Sequence record: NC_047809.1
Strand: one strand, 5' to 3'
Length of the DNA stretch: 37,775 nucleotides
Source of the DNA: Escherichia phage vB_EcoP_K
Shown: positions 32,299 through 37,775 of the stretch, piece by piece
How positions within the stretch are numbered: position 1 is the stretch's first letter
How the letters are laid out: each line of letters begins with the position of its first letter
Notes under the pieces: model-generated
Told to the model about the DNA's origin: nothing
The model's input: only the letters and a program-made list of their open reading frames with translations
Databases searched by the model: none
Made by a program: the position numbers and the translations under genes

Positions 32299-33242
32299 AT
32301 ATCTTCCAATTCCTAGGTCTTCCAGAAGACCACCGCAATCACCCATTCATGCTGGTGAAACATCGCGGTGAAGTACCTGAGAAGAAATTAACTTTTCCAT
32401 GTTATGCACAGGTAAAACGAGATGGGATATTTAGTGCTGTGGTTGTTCGCAACGATGGTGTCGTTGGTGTCTTTGGACGCACTGGAAAGAAACTGGCTAA
32501 CACGGAAACCTTGGAAGAATCTTATTCAGCTTTCCCTACTGGCATTTATCTCGGCGAGTTGCAATCTATGGCTGTTGATGTCTACCTTGAAGCACTTTCT
32601 GGAGTAGTTAACCCTAATCGCACAGAGCCACTTGATTTCATAGGCCAGCAGATTAAAGACAACCTGTATATTGACTTCTTCGATATGTTAACTATTAAGG
32701 CATTCCATGATGGATTCACTGATGTTTCTTATCTCAAACGTTACGATGCTTTACATCGTCGCATCGGCGCTCATCTTAGCGGGTACAACGCTATCCTTCC
32801 TATTACTCCTTGCCATAATGAGCGAGAAGTTGAAGCGTTTGCGCAAGAGCAAATAGACGCAGGCCGAGAGGGTGCTGTGTTTAAACTGGACTGTGATTAT
32901 GAAGCAGGCCACAAAGGTTATCGTCAGACTAAAGAAGTCCGTAAGGTAACTTATGACCTTACTTGTATTGGCTTTGAAGAAGGCAAAGGTAAGTACAAAG
33001 GTAAGGTAGCTAACCTCATTTTCAAATGGAAAGGAGGCAAGACAATCAAAGCTATGTTAGGTAAAGGGTGGACTCATGCAGATGCAGAACAGATGTTCCA
33101 CGATATTAAACACGGTGGACGATTGAATGTCATTGGTAAAATCTTTGAAGTAAAAGGTCTTCAGGATTCAAGCAAGGGCAACATTCGTCTGCCCAAAGCT
33201 GGAGAATTAAGACATGACAAAGATGAACCAGATTTCTTTTGA
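32295..33242 (+). CDS. ATP-dependent DNA ligase (T7 gp1.3-like), 315 aa
   Basis: GGAGGTG RBS; adenylation motif I VKRDG (KxDG) near the N-terminus; size. Confidence 0.8.
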   Translation: MNIFQFLGLPEDHRNHPFMLVKHRGEVPEKKLTFPCYAQVKRDGIFSAVVVRNDGVVGVFGRTGKKLANTETLEESYSAFPTGIYLGELQSMAVDVYLEALSGVVNPNRTEPLDFIGQQIKDNLYIDFFDMLTIKAFHDGFTDVSYLKRYDALHRRIGAHLSGYNAILPITPCHNEREVEAFAQEQIDAGREGAVFKLDCDYEAGHKGYRQTKEVRKVTYDLTCIGFEEGKGKYKGKVANLIFKWKGGKTIKAMLGKGWTHADAEQMFHDIKHGGRLNVIGKIFEVKGLQDSSKGNIRLPKAGELRHDKDEPDFF

Positions 33243-33429
33243 TAGCATGAAGGCAACTCGTGCAGTTGAGGTAGCAGAAGCTATCTTTGAAACTTTATCC
33301 TGTGGCATGGAAGTGCCATATACCTTACTAGCTGATGCAGAAGAGCTTGGTCTTTCTGTAGAAGCTATCCAAGAGAAGGTTGAAGAACTCTATGGTACAG
33401 ACGAAGAAGAAACCGACGATTTCATTTGA
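33214..33429 (+). CDS. Hypothetical acidic protein, 71 aa
   Basis: ORF overlapping ligase 3' end; acidic C-terminus ..EELYGTDEEETDDFI. Confidence 0.4.
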   Translation: MTKMNQISFDSMKATRAVEVAEAIFETLSCGMEVPYTLLADAEELGLSVEAIQEKVEELYGTDEEETDDFI

Positions 33430-33558
33430 GGGTATGGAGATGCTTGAGATGATTCTCAAGCCTTCTTCTCCGAAGGTGACTAAGACTCACGAAGAATTAA
33501 TCGTAGATGAAGTGAAGCGTTACATTATGGATTGTGTTAGAGCACAACTGGTGGTCCA

Positions 33559-34020
33559 ATGATACGTCCAGCTTCATTCCTAGATATTCCTGAGATTATA
33601 AACCTTGGGAATAAATATGTGGAAGAGGAAGTCAAGGTTGTAGCCCACCACTCAGCCTCATGGAATGCAGAACAAAGCGCACATAACCTTTGTGCATCTC
33701 TTAGTAGAGAAGATTTATTCCTATGGGTTGCTGTAGATGAAGGGCAGATTGTAGGTTTTCTGTGGGCTGGCTATCACGAGTTAGCCCCTTGGACACCTGT
33801 AAGAGTTGCATCTGACATTCTCTTTTATATTGTACCAGAGAAGCGAGGGGCACTGCTCGGTATGCGCCTCATCAAAGCCTTGAAGCAATGGGCTAACGAT
33901 AGTGGGTGTTCCGAGGTTCGCCTGTCTATCGCTTCTGGTATTAATGAAGAACGTGTCGGACGTATGTATAAGCGACTTGGCTTTGAACAGTTTGGCACTG
34001 TGTATAACCTGAAGTTCTAA
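33559..34020 (+). CDS. Putative GNAT-family N-acetyltransferase, 153 aa
   Basis: ..GQIVGFLWAG.. beta-strand followed by ..IVPEKRGALLGMRLIKAL.. (acetyl-CoA-binding motif A-like) and ..RMYKRLGFEQFG.. Confidence 0.5.
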   Translation: MIRPASFLDIPEIINLGNKYVEEEVKVVAHHSASWNAEQSAHNLCASLSREDLFLWVAVDEGQIVGFLWAGYHELAPWTPVRVASDILFYIVPEKRGALLGMRLIKALKQWANDSGCSEVRLSIASGINEERVGRMYKRLGFEQFGTVYNLKF

Positions 34021-34029
34021 GGAGATCAC

Positions 34030-34239
34030 ATGGGTATTGTAAAGAAAGCATTTAAGGCTGTCGGTCTTGCTCAAGATGCACCGCGTATTGAAGCCAAGGT
34101 TCCTGCTCAGCAGCTTGAGCGTAAGCCTGAGACTGAAGCTGAAGATATACAGATTGGTGCAGGTGGTGATGATGCGACTGCATCTGCAAAAGGTAAGCGC
34201 GGGCTTGTCCGTCCGGTAGCTTCTAGCTTGAAGGTGTAA
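34030..34239 (+). CDS. Small virion-associated-type protein upstream of portal (T7 gp6.7/7.3-position), 69 aa
   Basis: GGAGA RBS; small charged protein immediately upstream of the portal gene. Confidence 0.4.
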   Translation: MGIVKKAFKAVGLAQDAPRIEAKVPAQQLERKPETEAEDIQIGAGGDDATASAKGKRGLVRPVASSLKV

Positions 34240-34240
34240 T

Positions 34241-35791
34241 ATGAAACAGAGCACAGATTTGGAGTATGGAGGTAAGCGGTCTAAGATACCTAAGCTATGG
34301 GAGAAGTTCTCCACTAAACGTAGCTCTTTCCTTGATAGGGCGAAGCATTACTCCAAATTAACCTTGCCCTATCTGATGAATGACAAAGGTGATAACGAGA
34401 CTTCGCAGAACGGATGGCAAGGTGTAGGTGCTCAGGCAACTAACCACCTAGCCAACAAGCTAGCGCAAGTGCTATTCCCTGCACAGCGCTCCTTCTTCCG
34501 TGTAGACCTAACTGCACAAGGTGAGAAGATTCTTAATCAGCGTGGCCTGAAGAAGACAGAGCTAGCTACTATCTTTGCTCAAGTGGAAACACGGGCAATG
34601 AAAGAGTTAGAGCAACGTCAATTCCGGCCTGCTGTAGTAGAAGCATTCAAGCATCTTATTGTTGCTGGCAGCTGTATGCTATACAAGCCGAGCAAAGGTG
34701 CAATCAGTGCAATACCAATGCATCACTACGTAGTTAACCGTGATACCAATGGCGACCTGTTAGACATTATCTTACTGCAAGAAAAGTCCTTGCGTACATT
34801 TGACCCCGCTACCCGTGCTGTGGTAGAGGTGGGCTTGAAAGGTAAGAAATGCAAGGAAGATGACAGCATTAAGCTGTACACACATGCTAAGTATCTTGGT
34901 GAGGGTTTTTGGGAACTCAAGCAATCTGCTGATGATATCCCTGTTGGTAAGGTAAGTAAAATCAAATCAGAAAAGCTACCATTTATCCCGCTAACTTGGA
35001 AGCGAAGCTATGGTGAGGATTGGGGTCGTCCTTTAGCAGAGGATTACTCCGGTGATTTATTCGTTATCCAATTCCTGTCTGAAGCAGTTGCCCGTGGTGC
35101 TGCACTGATGGCAGATATTAAGTACTTGATTCGTCCGGGTGCTCAGACTGATGTTGACCACTTTGTTAACTCTGGCACTGGTGAGGTTGTTACTGGTGTA
35201 GAAGAAGACATCCATATTGTACAGTTAGGTAAGTATGCAGACCTCACACCTATTAGTGCGGTTCTAGAGGTGTACACTCGCCGTATCGGTGTCGTATTCA
35301 TGATGGAGACGATGACACGCCGTGATGCCGAACGTGTTACTGCTGTAGAGATCCAGCGAGATGCGTTAGAGATTGAGCAGAACATGGGCGGTGTATATTC
35401 CCTCTTTGCTACTACTATGCAATCGCCAGTAGCGATGTGGGGTCTGCTGGAGGCAGGTGATTCATTCACTAGTGACCTAGTTGACCCTGTGATTATCACA
35501 GGCATTGAAGCATTAGGGCGCATGGCTGAACTGGATAAGCTGGCAAACTTCGCTCAGTACATGTCACTGCCTTTGCAATGGCCTGAGCCTGTCCTAGCTG
35601 CTGTGAAGTGGCCTGATTACATGGATTGGGTACGTGGTCAAATCTCTGCTGAACTGCCATTCCTTAAATCGACTGAAGAGATGGAGCAAGAACAGGAAGC
35701 GCAGATGCAAGCACAGCAAGCACAGATGCTTGAAGAGGGTGTGGCTAAGGCCATTCCGGGTGTAATTCAACAAGAACTTAAGGAGGCGTAA
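34241..35791 (+). CDS. Portal (head-tail connector) protein, T7 gp8-like, 516 aa
   Basis: N-terminal ..RSSFLDRAKHYSKLTLPYLM.. resembles T7 gp8; size; followed by scaffold and capsid genes. Confidence 0.85.
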   Translation: MKQSTDLEYGGKRSKIPKLWEKFSTKRSSFLDRAKHYSKLTLPYLMNDKGDNETSQNGWQGVGAQATNHLANKLAQVLFPAQRSFFRVDLTAQGEKILNQRGLKKTELATIFAQVETRAMKELEQRQFRPAVVEAFKHLIVAGSCMLYKPSKGAISAIPMHHYVVNRDTNGDLLDIILLQEKSLRTFDPATRAVVEVGLKGKKCKEDDSIKLYTHAKYLGEGFWELKQSADDIPVGKVSKIKSEKLPFIPLTWKRSYGEDWGRPLAEDYSGDLFVIQFLSEAVARGAALMADIKYLIRPGAQTDVDHFVNSGTGEVVTGVEEDIHIVQLGKYADLTPISAVLEVYTRRIGVVFMMETMTRRDAERVTAVEIQRDALEIEQNMGGVYSLFATTMQSPVAMWGLLEAGDSFTSDLVDPVIITGIEALGRMAELDKLANFAQYMSLPLQWPEPVLAAVKWPDYMDWVRGQISAELPFLKSTEEMEQEQEAQMQAQQAQMLEEGVAKAIPGVIQQELKEA

Positions 35792-36711
35792 TGTCTTTCT
35801 CATTTACTGAACCGTCAACCACTCATCCTATTGCTGAAGACAATCCGGTAGAAACCAAGGAGGTATCAACTGATGCTACTACTAATGATGTTCATGCTGA
35901 TACTAGCACTAATGTACAAGATGACAATGCTAGTACACAATCTGCTGAAGACACCAGAGGAGAAACTTCTGGACAACCTTCAGAAGCGAGAGACAATGAC
36001 GGAGAGAATGGTGAATCTAAGCCAGATGATACCACGACCGACACTGAGGAAGTGCAATACTTCTTCGGAGACTATGAAGTAACAGTAGATATACCACAGG
36101 ATGTTACTGATAGCCTTAAAGAGAAAGGTATTGATGCTAAGCAGGTTGCCAAGGAACTCTATGCCAAAGATGGCAAGTTTGAGCTGTCTGATGCAACCAA
36201 GCAGAAACTGTATGATGCTTTTGGCAAGTTTGCGGTAGATGCTTACCTGTCAGGCCTTAAGGCTCAAAATGAAGCCTTCTTCCTAAAAGAAGCCAACGCA
36301 GCTAAAGAGTTGGAAGCAGCTAATACCCAACGCTTCTCTGATGTTTCTAAGGAAATTGGTGGTGAAGAAGGGTGGTCCCGTCTTGAGGCGTGGGCACTTG
36401 AAGCGCTGTCTGATGACGAACTAATGGCATTCAATGCGGTGATGGGATCTGGCAACCAGTACCTTCAGCAATACGCTGTGCGTGAACTGGAGAGCCGCCG
36501 TAAGGCTGCACAAGGTGATGACAAGCCAAGCCTGATTGAACCATCTGCACCTGCTGCCGCATCAGAAGACAACGGCCCACTCTCGCGTGAGCAGTACCTG
36601 CGTGAGATGATGACCCTTAGCTCTCGCTTCGGCACAGACAAGAAAGCTGCTGCTGAGTATCAGGCTAGACTGGATGCTCGCCGCCGCGCTGGTATGGCTC
36701 GCGGACTTTAA
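35791..36711 (+). CDS. Scaffolding protein (T7 gp9-like), 306 aa
   Basis: Start overlaps portal stop (TAATG); very acidic, helical protein between portal and capsid genes. Confidence 0.65.
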   Translation: MSFSFTEPSTTHPIAEDNPVETKEVSTDATTNDVHADTSTNVQDDNASTQSAEDTRGETSGQPSEARDNDGENGESKPDDTTTDTEEVQYFFGDYEVTVDIPQDVTDSLKEKGIDAKQVAKELYAKDGKFELSDATKQKLYDAFGKFAVDAYLSGLKAQNEAFFLKEANAAKELEAANTQRFSDVSKEIGGEEGWSRLEAWALEALSDDELMAFNAVMGSGNQYLQQYAVRELESRRKAAQGDDKPSLIEPSAPAAASEDNGPLSREQYLREMMTLSSRFGTDKKAAAEYQARLDARRRAGMARGL

Positions 36712-36716
36712 TCAGT

Positions 36717-36739
36717 ATTTACTGGACACTATAGAAGGG
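36717..36739 (+). promoter_or_regulatory. SP6-class phage RNAP promoter (capsid promoter)
   Basis: ATTTACTGGACACTATAGAAGGG; +1 G at 36734; followed by 5' leader hairpin GGGAGAAATGTCTCCC (36737-36752) and strong RBS. Confidence 0.8.
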
Positions 36740-36787
36740 AGAAATGTCTCCCTAAATTATCAATTTGATTTATAAGGAGGTTTATTA

Positions 36788-37775
36788 ATGTCTACACCGA
36801 ATACTCTGACCAACGTTGCAGTCTCCGCTTCCGGTGAGGTAGACAGCCTGCTCATTGAGAAATTCAATGGTAAGGTAAATGAGCAGTACCTGAAAGGTGA
36901 GAACATCATGTCCTACTTCGATGTTCAGACTGTTACTGGTACTAACACGGTAAGCAACAAATACTTGGGTGAAACAGAGTTGCAGGTTCTGGCACCGGGT
37001 CAGTCTCCGGCTGCAACCTCTACTCAGGCCGATAAAAACCAGCTGGTAATTGATGCCACTGTTATTGCTCGTAACACCGTTGCACACCTGCATGATGTAC
37101 AGGGTGATATTGACAGCCTGAAACCTAAGCTGGCTACCAACCAAGCTAAGCAGCTTAAGAAGATGGAAGATGAAATGCTGATTCAGCAGATGCTGCTGGG
37201 TGGTATTGCTAACACTCAGGCTAAGCGTACTAACCCTCGTGTGAAAGGTCATGGCTTCTCTGTCAACGTGGAGGTCAATGAAAGCGAAGCACTGGTTAAC
37301 CCGCAGTATGTAATGGCGGCTGTAGAGTTTGCTCTGGAGCAGCAGCTTGAGCAGGAAGTAGACATCTCTGATGTAGCTATCCTGATGCCGTGGCGCTACT
37401 TCAACGTACTGCGTGATGCAGACCGTATCGTTGACAAGAGCTACACCATCAGCCAGTCCGGTGCAACCATTCATGGTTTTGTTCTGTCTTCTTACAACTG
37501 TCCTGTTATCCCGTCTAACCGCTTCCCTAAATTCTCTCAGGGTCAGAAACATCACCTGCTGTCCAATGAAGACAACGGTTATCGTTATGACCCGACCGCA
37601 GAGATGAATGGTGCTATCGCTGTACTGTTCACATCTGACGCTCTGCTTGTGGGTCGTTCTATTGATGTAACCGGTGATATCTTCTATGAGAAGAAAGAGA
37701 AGACCTACTACATTGATACTTTCATGTCTGAAGGTGCAATCCCTGATCGATGGGAAGCAGTGTCTGTTGTGACAA
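36788..37775 (+). CDS. Major capsid protein (T7 gp10-like), 5' portion; runs off the window end (329 codons)
   Basis: AAGGAGG RBS 7 nt upstream; high-expression codon usage; C-terminal part ..GAIPDRWEAVSVVT resembles the end of the T7 10A fold (..GLRPEAAGAVVFKV); not in the ORF track because no stop codon falls in the window. Confidence 0.85.
   Translation, partial: MSTPNTLTNVAVSASGEVDSLLIEKFNGKVNEQYLKGENIMSYFDVQTVTGTNTVSNKYLGETELQVLAPGQSPAATSTQADKNQLVIDATVIARNTVAHLHDVQGDIDSLKPKLATNQAKQLKKMEDEMLIQQMLLGGIANTQAKRTNPRVKGHGFSVNVEVNESEALVNPQYVMAAVEFALEQQLEQEVDISDVAILMPWRYFNVLRDADRIVDKSYTISQSGATIHGFVLSSYNCPVIPSNRFPKFSQGQKHHLLSNEDNGYRYDPTAEMNGAIAVLFTSDALLVGRSIDVTGDIFYEKKEKTYYIDTFMSEGAIPDRWEAVSVVT

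Noticed and set aside
36785-37555. 256-aa ORF on the minus strand
   Set aside because: Lies entirely antisense to the capsid gene, which has a strong promoter, RBS and capsid-like sequence; the whole genome is otherwise transcribed on the plus strand

Overview
The window is an all-plus-strand T7-supergroup podophage genome of the SP6/K1E/K1-5 type. It carries at least ten copies of an SP6-class single-subunit RNAP promoter (consensus ATTTACTGGACACTATAGAAG). It has a replication module (primase-helicase, family-A DNA polymerase, SSB-like protein, 5'-3' exonuclease, endonuclease VII, HNH endonuclease, metallophosphoesterase, ATP-dependent ligase, GNAT-like protein) and a structural module (portal, scaffold, capsid, tail tubular A/B, three internal virion proteins including one with a lysozyme-like domain, tail-fibre adaptor). 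These are followed by a T7 gp17.5-like holin, terminase small and large subunits, a lysis cassette (M15 peptidase endolysin, overlapped spanin pair), and an 811-aa endosialidase tailspike with Asp-boxes and a C-terminal chaperone domain, preceded by a 111-aa ORF. The window starts with the 3' end and ends with the 5' end of the capsid gene, so it looks like a rotated, near-complete replicon, and 18.8-19.4 kb looks like a genome-terminus junction. The most striking point is that no RNA polymerase gene or early region is present: the terminus region runs almost directly into the primase-helicase gene, although every transcription unit depends on a phage-type promoter. The second is a near-perfect 16-18 bp palindrome (TGTCTCACAYGTGAGACA) found four times, each just after a stop codon. 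I see no defence island, CRISPR array, tRNA or integrase; all calls rest on reading the sequence and recalled family motifs, with no database search.
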